Shown: positions 1 to 13,000 of the stretch, in pieces
Layout of the letters: every line of letters starts with the position of its first letter
Position numbering within the stretch: position 1 is the stretch's first letter
NCBI RefSeq assembly: GCF_003704095.1
Contig: NW_020844201.1
Span: forward strand, 62,001 to 126,000
DNA from: Pocillopora damicornis
Lineage: Eukaryota
Direction of reading: 5' to 3'
Length of the DNA: 64,000 nt
Made by a program: the position numbers and the translations under genes
The notes under the pieces: generated by a model
Databases searched by the model: none
The model's input: the letters and a program-made list of their open reading frames with translations, nothing else
What the model was told of the DNA's origin: nothing

Positions 1-1418
1 GGTCCCTAAGTATCGCATACATTACTGTTTTCCAAGCTCACTTTTCAGTTAAGATCACTGCCCAAACAAACCAGGTTCACATGCGCCATTTTTATGCTTC
101 TACTAGCAACACTATGTCATTTTTTCTTCTTAGTTTGCTTACTCTTGTAATCCAAAGTCCAGGTTTGTCGATGGAAGCCAAGCTACTGAACAATTTACGT
201 TACAGTTTTTATTCTATATTTACAGCCACCAATTACAATTGCTGTTAGACTACAATTGTTCTCGCATATATGGTCAAAAGCAAAACAAATAAAAAACCCC
301 AGCTCTCAGTCGTGGCTTATTAATAACCCATTGATTTCCATGTCTATCACACAGCTTTACCAAGCGTACTTGAAACTCATTTCTTTCTTAACATATCATC
401 TTGATATCATTAGTGCCTGTGATCAACTTGGTACATGATAAATATGTTGTACGTAAGTACCTGTTGAATGAATAACACCCCTTGCGAATAAAGGGTCGTC
501 AAAACATTCTCGCGATAAAAGTGGTCGAGATTCACGGAGACCTGCTAAATCGGTTTCGGTCTTCGTAGCCTAGGTTTGGCTTCGTCACCAAGGTCACGAG
601 AGCAGAGAAAAAGACCACATCGATTAAAACGAATTTCAATGAGTCTACCCATTCAAGATCTTTTACGTCCTATTTTTAGAGGTATGTCCAGGATTGATCG
701 CAAATCTCACAACTTTGAAAGCTCTAAGCGAGATTTTCAGTTTTCACAGTTCTCATCATTTTCGTATTTTCCTACCTTTTTCTTTTCATTGTTAATTATT
801 AAGGTTTTCTTAATTCGTTAGCGAATGCTCGTTGCGCAGCACACTCCTGAAAATACTTCGGTAAATTTGCTGATTTCGATATAACCGAAATTTTCTCCGT
901 TCAAGTACCTATAAATTCAGCAATCATTTCAAGTTAGATAGCAGGCATCCATCATAATTTCAAAAAGTTTCATAACCATTTAACGTCAACGCAGTAGAAA
1001 ATATAATTTACGTTTCTTAGTTTTCGCCAACCTTTTGTGAAAACTAGAAGTTCAATAACACATGAGATCATTCAAATGTTCAATAAAGTAGTCAATCGAC
1101 TGGCATTTGGTGACCTCTAGGGGCCGGCTGTTATAGTTTACGTAGAAGAACAGAACTTTTATTCTTAAATTTGTCGTGTTCATCGTTAGTAATGCGTGTT
1201 AATCTTCGTCAACCCTTATCACTCTAGCTACACTTTGGTCTGGTCTTACTTCTTCGGTCTTAAGCTGCACTGGAAAACCAAAATCTTTTAGGTTTCCATT
1301 TATCTAAATCCAGTTTCTACGTCGCAGCCAAATGAATCGATCTGTGGTAAAACAGTAACTTACTTAAGCTACTTGCAAGTATTTTGCATGGGAGGGAACA
1401 GAGCAACATGCAATGTGG

Positions 1419-4400
1419 CTAATTTGGAGTAGTTCTTCTTTCTTTGCTATTTTCAAGGTCATCAATGAAAACGCTGAAGGTAATGAGGGCCACCTCGTAA
1501 TTATGACGGGACTGGTTCAGTGGTTAAGTTTAACTCTTTATCTGGCACATTTCATCTTGATGCATTTCCATCAGGCCTGTACTCGGCTCCACTTGAAAAG
1601 TCACTTTGATCTTATTTCGTATTTCGTTTGTTAGTTCTCTTGTTTAATCCAGTAGAATACCTTTGCTCTTTTTCCTCTTCCTCACTAATTCTTAAACGTT
1701 CACATCTGTGTTTTTTCTGACCCCATTTCGTCGTTCTGTAACGGGTGCAGGTTAGACCTTCGTCGCATGGACAATCTCTCAGACCAGGCTGAATTAACAG
1801 AAGGAAAATCAGGTCAACTACGTATTTAGTATTCTAGAATATGGAAATTTACAGCAAAGCTAAGAGGTAGAAAATCTTCGGGATTACATTGGTTTTGCTT
1901 TACCACGCTTTGTAAATGGTTTGGCAAACTCTAACCACTTTCTCTATTTGGGCCAAGTAGAGGCGAAGCTTAGACTGATCTCGACTTGGAAGCTTTATTG
2001 TGCTGGGCTATTTTGATCAGTTGAGGGCTTGGTTTTACAGTAAATTTAATCAGAAAGAGGTCTAAACATTACTATCAACAGTTATCTTACCAAAAGAACA
2101 GGCTTGCATCTTTGTCCCTTTTGGGGTCTTCGCTTACAGAATCCTCTATTGACACTATATCTTATACAACACTCGTCTTTCTTGCATTGGCTCCAGTTTC
2201 TACATTTTCTCTTCGTAGAAGGCGATTCTTTGTGCTGCGAAAGTAGTAATAAAGATCATATTGATGTTGAATATCAAAGTACTTGAGTACATGCTCTTCT
2301 TCAGAAATCAATTTAAATGTAACGAACATACAAGTTGGCAGCAGAGCAAACAAATGTGCTTATCAAAATGTCTTGAAGAGGACTCTGATCAAATTATTCA
2401 ACGTGTCAAGGGTCACTACTAAGTAATCCACTCCAGTTGTCATGGTTTGTTCTGACAGGTTTCACTGTTAAACTGTAACTCATGTTGATGCACTTCACAT
2501 CTCCCACGTATGACCACGTGATTTAAAGAATAAACATTTGCATATAGATAAATCATTAATAACTAGTAAAAAGGAAAGCCTGGCGCATATTGTACTATTC
2601 TTTTAGAAGTTCTATTTTTTAATTTACGGGATTCAACATTCCTTTTGGATCTCGAAGCTTGATTCTTTGGATATTCGCATCAACCAGAATCAGCGGTAAG
2701 CATGAAAAAAAGGGTGTCACGTTATCACTTTAAAAATGCTAGTTATACATGGACCCAGGCGTCACCAGAACGAAGATGACCTTTACAGGTGAAGTTTAGA
2801 CTAGTCAGTATCGTCTACAAGAACAATTTTCTGAAGCCGGGAATCACTATGGAAAATCATAAAAAGGGGGTAACTTTCTAGAGAAACTCTGGTGCTGCGT
2901 CGGTGGGAGAGTATAGCAGGGAAATTTACTATCGACTGAGTTGATAATGTAAATTGGCTACCGTTAAGAGTTTCAAAGCTGACGTTTCGAGCGTTAGCCC
3001 TTTGTCAGAGCACAACTCGTTTGTTTTGATTTAAATCTTACATAATATAAGGGGTACATTAAACGATCATCGTACATAATGTAAGGGATAATTTCTAGTT
3101 GAAATAACGATTGTTCCACTTCCACAAGGGTTCATCGTTAGAAATGAAGACTCAATCAATATTTTCAATTTTTTTTATAAATCGATCTGAAGTGGTTCTT
3201 TGCAAGTGACTCTTGAACATCACTATGCATGCATGTTGTGTTACGCACACTAAGTATTTTACCCACAGATCGCTGGGTAATCAAAAGACAACTATTTTAG
3301 AAGATAACAATATCAAGCTCTTATTTAGTAATTACATCAAATCCGTGTTATTTTGAAAGCTCAAAGAGATTAAGGCTAGTACGCAAAGCAGATAAAAGGA
3401 AGATTAAAATGGATCTCTGGATCAAAATGCTCAAAAGTTTTTGTCCTCTTGGTTTCTCTTGTATTTTGCATTTTGATACAATATTCGGCAATATTTTCCC
3501 CAAGTATTGAACTGCAAAGTTCTGAATCTTAAAGAAGCTAAATATGACTGACAAGCCGCCTCTTCAGCGTTATAAAATAACGTAAAGAGCATACTGCAGC
3601 TGTCGGTTTTGTGTCGCCCACGCACTTGTCAGAGGGTCAGTCATCTCCTGGGCTCAGTGCCAACGTGTGCAAGGTTAATCATAATTTCCAAAGTGGTTAC
3701 TTCAGTTAGAAAACTATATAAGCGTAGAAAGAGTTCCTTGTGCATTAGGTATATTTGAAAGTATTGAAGATGTCAAAAAAATATTCTAATGACTGTCTCA
3801 GGAGTCGAAAACGATATATTTCGCTCGAGTCGTCTAACCTCAACGCGCCCACGTACTAATTACCGCTGCAAGACCCACGCATTGTGTTCATCAAGGTTCT
3901 GCCCTTTGATGAAATAAACTAATCGGCGAAGAGATATCATAGATGACTAATCCAGAGTACACATTAAGCTTCTTTTTTCTCTTTTTCTTTTCCAAAATAG
4001 TCTAAAAGGTATTTTGGTCTCTCACTCGTGAAATCCAAGTGTCTCCCGCGACCCACGTGAATCTGTAGGGTACGCAAAATTTATTTGCTTTGAAGTGGCC
4101 GACAACATTCGAATATAGGAAGAGTGATATGGTTTAAAATCAACAGAGCTATTATTTTGTTTGTGTTTATCCACTCTAGAAATATCAATTATCAAGTCCG
4201 AATACCATCCATGAAGATTGATTTCTGAGGGCGTTTCTTTCCGTTGGGCCCATAAAATGCTCTGACCTTTTTCCACGCCTCACCAATTTACAATAGGTTA
4301 ACAAATTAACAAGTTCTTATGTTATCTCTAACCTCGTGTCTGTAGGTTATTTACACCTAACAGAACCGGAAATAATTAATGGCTTATATTCAGTCGCTAA

Positions 4401-6798
4401 TCGCTGGCGAGTTGTGAAATTGCGCCCTTCAATAGAAAACATGCTGGTACAGTTGAAAAGCGTTTAATCGATTGAAAAAATAAAAAATTTTCCTCATTTC
4501 TTGTGAGAAATCTTGCAAGGAGCCGTTTGGATGATATTGTTTGTTTTCTGTAAGAACTGAACCTTGGACCTGGACCTGGGATAATAGGTCTATTTTCAGA
4601 TTAATGCCAGTGTGTTTTCTTTCGCGTGGGTCGTAAATCGGCTGTGTTGCTGCAGTTTCAATTAGAGCACAATCAAATTTAGTGATATGTAAATGTTTCA
4701 ATTTAAAATTGAAACGAAAGCAAAAAAATTAAAATAGTCCCACATTAAGCCATGGGCCGGTAACTGGAAAAACTGCTCTCTCTTAAAAAACAAGTACGTG
4801 TTATGTAAAATGATTTTCCCTCATTTATTTATTATCATTTGCATTCTGTTCCTTTTGTTATTCAATTATCCTACGCGACCAATCAGAAAATATACTTCGT
4901 CAGATCTTCAATTGCATTGCATCCAAGTTCTTTTACTTTAGTCTCACGACAATAGCAGACTCCGTTCATGCCTCAAGCCTCCATAGAAAAAGTACCGACT
5001 TTCTTCCTTCAGTTAAGCAAGTCTATTTATATCTCGAGAGATATTTAGCGCGCCACCAACGGCGAGCTTAATTTACTAATATCGTTGAATGTTTTCATTG
5101 GAATGGAGTGTTTTTATTAGAGAGGAAATTATCTTTCGAGGCTCTTTCTCTTTTCTTTAAGAATCATAAATTTGACTCTCGGATGATCAAAAGTATATGA
5201 TTTGTAGAGGTATTTTGTATCTAAAGGCGTGCGCAGCACAGGTGGGCAAGACGAGTTATCAAGAAGGATTTTGACCCCCTCTTATTCAGTCGGTGAAATG
5301 ACCCATGAAAAGAGCGTAGAGACCATGCCATCAATCAAATAGTACATTAGCCGCCGCTGGCTGGTAGGGTTATTACCTTGCTTGGAATAGTTGTAGAATC
5401 CTGATCGATGAAGGTAAATTTTCCATAACATTTAAGTGAGAAGAAGATAGCAAACGACCTTGAAAATGAGCAATTAACTCTTGGAAAACAACTTTAGCCG
5501 CGGGAGATTCCGGGGCAATTAAGTGTCATTTTTTTGCAATTAATTTTGAAATGTCTCAACAGGAGAGCAATAATGAAGAACCTAGCACTTATAATCAGAT
5601 CTTTGGCCCTGATGTAGTCTGTTTAGGTGTATGGAGAAAACACGTTACAAACTACCCATGCTGTGCCTCAAAACATGTGGTTAACCAAAAAACGTCCCAC
5701 GAGAGTAAACAATCCTTAAGATTTGTGAATAATTATCTTACCCCCACGAGACTTCCACTTCGCAATTTCTTGAGCATCTTTTTCATGTTCTTTTTCCTTC
5801 TGCGTTTTCTTTTCTTTTCTCCTCGAATAGTTTCTACTGGATGTAAAGATGCGATTGTTGCCTCAGTCTGAGAGACATTTTGTCTCAAATGGACAGCCGT
5901 CGAAATGTTTGGGTATGAACTGTTCCCGCCGTGTGGGTCAAATAATGTAGACCACCCTCTCTTGTTCGCCACGTGCCGTCCATGAGGCTTGTTAACTGAT
6001 TTATTTTTCTGCAAAAGTTAAATGTACAGGTTAAATTTCCTACACAACTTGGATCTGTGATCTACTATCGAAAACGATGGCTGGGTTTCATTAGTTTGCT
6101 TCATTTGTTAAAATCACATCGTTTTACGTCTGTGGCCTTTGTTGTCACAGATAACAAACAAAAAGAAAAGAACATTTTATTGCATTGTTTTGCTCGACGC
6201 TAATATGCATAATAAACACTAATCTAATAGAAATTTCTTTGCTTTTACGCGCCTGTCGGTTTAACAAGTCTAATGGAATCTTGACCTTCAGGAAAAGAAT
6301 GACAACGCTGAAATAGAGAGAATTTGTCTCCCCCATTGGTTTTTGAAGATGATTCCGTTGACCCTCTATGCTAAGTCTACAATAGCTCAAGAAAAAGTGA
6401 AACGGCACAAGTCCTAGTTCACTTGTAAACAATTGACATCGGGTCGTCACAAGTAGTATTTTACGTATCTAATGATCGCTTTCACTGGGAAAGGCCGATA
6501 ATTATTTGATTGATTAGAATAGTTATCTGTTTTCTCTCCTCCCAAACATCAAGATCTGCCAAAGTTGCATCAAGCTGAGGGCAATAAAATTCAAACTGAG
6601 CGACTAACGCATGCTTATTGATCCACGTGTCACTAAGGCCTTTGCTCGTGCACTAAGAAAGAAGTAAGACAACAAACCGTTCTGGTCGAAAAATAGAACA
6701 ACGATGATTATTACCTTGATTGATGTCTGATCAGCATGGGTGTAGAATGTGGAGTGATGCAGAGCAATGATAAACAGGAGGCCCCTTAAGATATCCAT
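1419..6798 (-). CDS. Secreted colipase-fold (Dickkopf CRD2 / prokineticin / MIT-like) cysteine-rich protein, paralog A (about 178-186 aa, spliced)
   Basis: Exons are GT-AG and phase-consistent. 6715-6798: MDILRGLLFIIALHHSTFYTHADQTSIK (signal-like). 5742-5867: TEATIASLHPVETIRGEKKRKRRRKKNMKKMLKKLRSGSLVG. Possible micro-exon 5377-5400: DSTTIPSK. 2091-2234: HKESPSTKRKCRNWSQCKKDECCIRYSVNRGFCKRRPQKGQRCKPVLL. 1661-1788: PGLRDCPCDEGLTCTRYRTTKWGQKKHRCERLRISEEEEKEQ. 1419-1473: SVFIDDLENSKERRTTPN*, or read-through to TAA at 1612-1614. Cys spacing is C-x5-C-x4-CC-x9-C-x9-C-x10-C-x-C-x5-C-x14-C. AATAAA on minus at 1158-1163. Confidence 0.85.
2861..3011 (-). repeat. Interspersed repeat ending in a minimal hammerhead-ribozyme-like motif (Penelope/retrozyme-type)
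   Basis: Minus strand 3011-2978 reads gct-CTGACAA-AGGGCTAACGCTC-GAAAC-GTC-agc: stem I gct/agc, a short stem II and GAAAC-GTC. The core reads CUGACAA instead of CUGANGA. Confidence 0.6.
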
Positions 6799-6883
6799 TG
6801 GAATATGTTTCAGCCTTGGCTTTCAATGACGTGTTACTCAGGAACACTGGTGGTCTATCTGCAACAGTGGACAAGTAACACGC

Positions 6884-6959
6884 GTTATATTTCATCGCAA
6901 CGGGCTCATCATAGCTTAGGTCACGTGGCTCATACATGTCATTAATCTTCAAACCCAAT
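6884..6959 (-). promoter_or_regulatory. Candidate proximal promoter of paralog A
   Basis: TATAAC (6884-6889), palindromic E-box CACGTG (6922-6927) and CCAAT (6955-6959), about 90-160 nt upstream of the ATG at 6798. Confidence 0.35.
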
Positions 6960-9939
6960 CAGGAAACAAAAATAGCTTATGTTGCGGTCTGTGTGTGCGA
7001 CAAGAACATGGCTTTCCGCTTGCGTGCGGTTCTTTGTTTAGAAGCGGTGTTGTTTGCGAATCTCGATAGCCGACTCTTTACACAAACTCGACAAATACAG
7101 CTGTGAGAAGTTATTATTTTTTTCCTCATGACCTCGAGCGAGCTGTTTTGTGATACTTTATTCTTGGCTGTGACAAAGTGCAGAAGTGTGGACACTCAAT
7201 GTCTCTTATCGATGGTAGCAAAGTAACACGCCTTAAAACTCTTAACTAAATCTCAACTTTAATACGGTTAGAGGTATCATCCAAGTATGCAATAAATACC
7301 ATATTAACCGCTCCTGCTCCGAAGTTAATTAAGAGACAAATCACTGTATAGAAAAAGCATTACACAGATAGCACACTTTCCTAAAGAATGCAAACAATCC
7401 AAAAATAATGCAAGTTATTTCATATTGAACACAATTGATCGCAATGCATGAAATCCAAACTGATAATAGAAACACCTGCCACATTTACTCGGTAATTATC
7501 ATTCGCCTGACTACAGCCAGATTTCGCTCATTCTTTGCCTACATGAGCAGTTCCGATTTATTTCACTGATCTCTATTTGATTTTCATTCCCTAGCATTGG
7601 GACATACTTCCTAAGTTTATTGAAAATGGCAGTGCGCTGATGTCGTCGTACAACTGTGTGACTCTACGGCCGGAGGAAGGAAGAAATTCAATTCCTCAAC
7701 CATCAAATCAAGCGATTTTTATAAGTAGCCTTATAGCCAGAATATTCCTTTGCAGACAAAGTTACTGTTACTGCTTTGAGCATTTCTTTTTGTTGTTGTC
7801 GTGGTGTTTCAATCTGAACCCACGGTTTGCTCATATTCCTTTTAAGTAAAACTATTTAAAAATCGCAAACTATACTTTCGGCTAATATGATCCTTATACA
7901 AAGCAGAAAAAAGCACCAAAAAACTCTTTATGGGAGAGTTGTCAAGGCTCTCAACTTTCCAAATGGGAGAAAAAAAAAGGTGAAATATGCTTCACAACTT
8001 ACGGCAAGAGCGAGTTCAGTAGCACGCTCCCGCAATCCCAAAGGGGTGAACGTAGGTCAGCAGTCAAATTACCTTCATCACTTGTGCTTTAGATCTTGCC
8101 TAAAAATATCTGTATGTGATCTGTTATAGGTTCCCCAATTTATGAGAATAGAATGATATTGGAACAATTACGATCCGAATTTTCCTGATGTGAACCAGTT
8201 ACTTCATGAGATGTACGGTGTACTTGTTCCAGCCATCCTTCCAATTTCAATTTCATGGACTTGAATTTACGTAAAAATATAAGTAACTCCACCAGTTAAA
8301 CACCAGCTATTCAAATTACATGTATACCGATGACTTAAGGTTTAGCCTGTGCCCCACTCTAGTTTGGCGTGATTGTGACGTACATGTGTCACTCAAGAGA
8401 GTCATCAAGAAAACTTGTCAATAAATTACGAACCAGACGCGTGGTCTTTTAAACGAAACTGAAATGGGTAAAAGCTTGTTTAGAAATTATACTTTTACAG
8501 CTGAAGGCACGAGGATGTTTAAAAAAAGGAACCCTCAAAATAAAGTCACATAATTAATGAAAACAATTTTTGTTTTACATTTTCTTTGTAACTAAAGATT
8601 TACGTTGGAATACAAACAAAAGGAACAAAACAGTAATAATAATTTTTTTTGACTAATGAGCGGCACTAGCTTCTTATTATTTCTTGAAAGTTATTTTCCT
8701 ATTCACGACTTTTTCCCCATTGAGACCAACAGTTTTTAAAATCATTCAAGCTTCAACTTTTAATCTTACTACAGTTTGAGTCATAATGCGATAGGGAAAT
8801 AGTAATCTTCTTTCTTGCGCAGTTTTGAAATATTTTTAGCGTGAGCAAGCTGTCTTCTGACCTTAAATTCCCATGAGATTTACAGGAATTCGTAACCGGA
8901 ATATGTCGAATGTGGCTGTCTTGTCTTAGAGCTTTAGACGATTGAAAAACAAAATAATCCTTCATTGTGTGGAGCATTTGAATAGGTGATGATATCAACA
9001 GGTATGAGTAAACATGACTAAAGTAAAGGACCAACATCTTTTGGAACACTTATAGGGAATTTATCCGATCCATAAGTTAATGCCAAGTTTCGCTCTTTAA
9101 ACATGCCCCAAAAACCAATCTTCAAGCGTTTTAATGCAACACGTTGGGGAAGGGATCAATACCTTTTTACCATACATAAAGAAAGGAAAATTGGAAAAAT
9201 CTTGAAAGCTGTACTGCATAGCAAATGGTTGAAATTGTTATTTCATAGTTCTTCTTATATTCTTACATCTTTAAAATCTGTGGTCCGTGGTAGGTGGGTC
9301 CTGTGAAGATCACAGTTTGTATTTTTTCATTGACCGATTTTGAGGTTGCTTCGAGCTGAATGCCAATCATGGCTGAATTGCACTGAAACTTATAAAGGTT
9401 TGATTGTTCCGATTCAACTTGATGTTCTCGAAACTGCATAGCGATCATTAAAAGATCTATGTAAGTGATGTACCTACACTTTCAATGACGGCCAAGTTAT
9501 TTTGAGCCTTATTTCCGATACGGAGCAAGATCAGATTCGGTAATCCTTGACAAAGGCTCTTTTGCCTTAATGTTATCGCAAAAAATTTATGTCTTTACTG
9601 AAAGTCAATATTATCTCAAAGAAATACTTAATATCATGATAAGAGTCTTATTGGCGAGTTTCTACTTTTTTTTTCTCCGTGAAAATCAAGCTTCACCTTT
9701 ATCGTTGCATTTGATTGTATTAGCATTTTCTTTTCGTGAACAGCTAAAGAGGAAGAGAGGAGTTTACTTTGTACAATCTTTTGGTTTTGAGTAGGGCGAG
9801 AAATTTTCTTATCGATAAATTCTATAATCTGAGAATAACGTAAACTGAATCAACAACAATCTGAGCTTTTTCGTTTTTCGTCAAACGCAATACTTTAAAT
9901 CCGCTCTCCGCGGACATCGCCGCAAAAAAAAAAACTTAC

Positions 9940-10048
9940 CGCCTCTTTAATGTACCGAGACTAGGAGAGAGAGTCTTTCAGTCGGCGGCTGTCCAGATCA
10001 GGCTTCCAGAATTTCCTTATCTCTACAATCTATCTTATGGGCTTTATA
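9940..10048 (-). promoter_or_regulatory. Candidate distal TATA promoter and non-coding first exon of paralog A
   Basis: TATAAA at 10043-10048 is followed by an ATG-free stretch ending in a strong donor, GCG|GTAAGT, at 9940. A matching acceptor, actgttgcag|, at 6859-6860 leads without any upstream ATG to the start codon. Confidence 0.4.
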
Positions 10049-13000
10049 CAAGGATTAACTCGACTGCGTCGAATTTTATTGCCCCGTGAAAACATTTCTG
10101 ACTGAATTCTTTCAGTCTCTTTTCGAGATCAAATACCTAGCCGTGTTAAAGTTGCTAGTTTTTTTCCTTATCATAACGGTTTCTTGTTTATTCCCGACTC
10201 TGAAGAGTCCTTTTTGAGATATACCACAAGGTATGATTAGGCAGCACCCAAAGATGACATACCTGTGGTTTGGGTTTCAGATTTTGTTGCTCTCTATAAA
10301 AAATATATGCTGGTGCCGCTAAAAAGTTTGGGCTTTTAGGTTTTACTTCAAGAACATAGCTGTTTTCACTGATATAAAATCATCAAGATATTGTATTACA
10401 TTAGCCTCCAAAGAGCAGATATTTCTTCTACGCAAAAATTTTCACGACATTTTCTAAGTGATTAAAGGTATGTTCAGACGGCCTAATATTTCTAATCTTA
10501 TGTGTATACTAAAAAGCGGATACACAAGCTGATGGGCTTATAGAGACTTGTTTGTTTTCCTCAAGTAAATCTATTTCTTAGGGATCACCAGATAAGGGCT
10601 TTGGTGGATATTACAGACAATTTCCGTATTCTTGTTTCATTTTCGGGCTGGTTAATTTTGGTCATCAATTAACGACAGTAAACAAATAACACCCACTGTC
10701 GGGAAATTTACACGTGAAGCGCCGGGAAGGTCACAGCATTTCTCTTCTCACAACAAAATCACATGTCTTCATTAAATATTCCGTCCGCCCATCGAATAAA
10801 ACTTTCTACTAGGGTGATAATCACCATTTTAAGATCCTATTATATCAGAAGGACATGTGCCAATGCTTAAGTATTCCTTTTCTTTTGTAGTAAAAATACG
10901 GTCTATCGTGAGTAAGACAGAATTGATCTAGTAATTTGATGCCAATACTAGACTATGATCATGATTTCTTGGGCACGGTTTTGGATCCTCTGACAAAAAA
11001 GCAGTAAGGAATTTCAAGCTGTGTGAAATGGTCAGTTTTCATAAGTTCACTTTAGTCAAAATTTCGGTTCAAAACCATGTATGTTTGAGCAGCTTTACCT
11101 AGATTTATAATGTCCATAAAGGTAGAAACATTCGCCAGTTATGGTATGCACTCGCTACACGCATTTTCATCGCTCTTCAGTTTAGTGGGATATCGACAAA
11201 TATTACATACAGAACTTTCATGCGTCAAACACGGCTGTGTCTTTCCCAGTTTTTCTTCTTTAGAGAAATTAGGTCAGCAGAGGAGTTTCTTGAGTCAAAA
11301 TGCAAATAAAACTGCTTAGAGTAGTTTTCTTTTCAAGTAAATATATGGAAAGCCTACGTTTTGGCTAAATATAAATAACTTGAAACGGCTTCCAGGGAAA
11401 GGGACAGTCGACTTCCGGCAGCGTTTCGCCTCTCAGATACACCGTGCTTGCGCATTCAATTATGTAGTTTTTAAGAATTGGTGTCGCGTGCATTGAAGCG
11501 ATGGTTAAGTGGATGGTTTATGAAATTTCACCAGGTCAGTTAAAGAACGCACAGAAAGAGATAAATTTGAATTTCTGGCAGCTGAGCAGTCCAAAAAAGC
11601 AGCTTACGTAGCTCAGCCCCTAATAGGAATAGCAGCGATGAAGACTTGTATGTGACCGAAACACGTCAAGAGCTTATTAAACAACTCATCAAAACTACTG
11701 ACAGTATCTTTTCCTTTCAGGGAACGGTGGAGTTGATGTATTAACACTGCGAGTTTTTGACATGGTTCAACTCAAAGAAATTCGGCCTGAATTAGACAAA
11801 AACTCAAAAATTGAGAGCTAAAAGGTAACAAATACTGAGCCGGAGACTAAATCATGGATTGACGCTGTTATTTCGCGACTTCGCATGTTTATTTAACTAG
11901 CTTTTAAGCGCGGACTCTGTGGGCAAGGATAGAAAAGCCGGAAATTTTTCTCATCATAATAAGTCATTTAATTGACTTCCCTGTTTTCATTTGTTGCTTA
12001 AGCGTGCCCCACACGAATATAATATTCTCACACAGTGTGTGCTATCCATGAATGTGTCCCATCCTGTGCAAAATTTCCTGCGGATGACTTTTCCTAACTT
12101 CCTAACTGGCCGTAACTGAAGGTCCGGAAGATTGAATTCTATTAAAAGAAGACAACGTTGATGAATTGATGAACGCTAAAGTTTTAATACCCCTACCTTT
12201 TTGTAGGTTTTGATCCCGAGATCAACGATTTTTCTTTAAAACTTTGTTGGATGAATTTCTTCTGCGTTGATTCAGCTGGGAGGAGGAAAGATTGAAAAAC
12301 AAGGTCATAGATTTGCAGTACTGTGGGGAATTTCCGTTAGTGGGCAACTGGTTACTTGGGTCTCTGCCATAAAAACAGCTACTTATCCTTTAGAGCTGAT
12401 TAACGGTATTTATCACGAACTCTTTCGACCGGTGGGAGATACGATGGAAAAGGGTTTTAATGGACTCAGTAAGTTAATGAATGGTTGATACCACAAACTG
12501 AGTTGCCGATTTTACATAGATAAGGAAGTTGAACTTGGTTTTCCCATGATCGTGTCGAAAGCTATTTTAAGCCTCGAGTGAACATAAAACGGAAAAATTA
12601 TAGAACTGATTCCATGGCAATGGTAAACTGGCGACTAATCCAAAAAAAATACTTCCCATTTAAATCTGTTTTGACATCTTATCCTTTTACTCGGTGCTTT
12701 TGGATTGACCTTTCTCTATGTAGGGGGTAGTATAACAAGCTTATCTTATGATCCCTCGTGGTATCTCGTGGCACTGTTATGACACGGACAAAATAATTAA
12801 CAAATAAACCCACGGGGACGTCGAGTATTCATAAGTATCTCTATGCACCTTTCGATAGGTCTTTGAACGACTAACAAACTAGTTCTGTTGAAGAATAAAT
12901 GTCATAGGCAAACTGACGAGCACGCTCGAGTAGAATCCTCACGATTTTTAATGAGCTTAGACAGATCATAATCCAGTTAAGAAAGGTGTTTTGTTGTTCT

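Noticed and set aside
3409-3535. Plus-strand hydrophobic stretch (KVFVLLVSLVFCILIQ) resembling a signal peptide
   Set aside because: Out of frame with the nearby ATG, antisense within an intron, and no downstream exons found.
4026-4062. 37-nt candidate exon with plausible splice sites in an intron of paralog A
   Set aside because: Its length would break the frame between two phase-0 exons.
6731-6958. 75-aa minus ORF (…INDMYEPRDLSYDEP…) as the last exon of another gene, chained to putative small exons at about 9268-9301, 9940-9960 and 14206-14275
   Set aside because: It overlaps the signal-peptide exon and promoter of paralog A in another frame, and the chained peptide has no recognisable homology.
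11721-12303. Plus-strand acceptor/donor pairs suggesting a spliced transcript
   Set aside because: Only a 19-aa ORF results, and splice-like motifs alone are common in AT-rich DNA.
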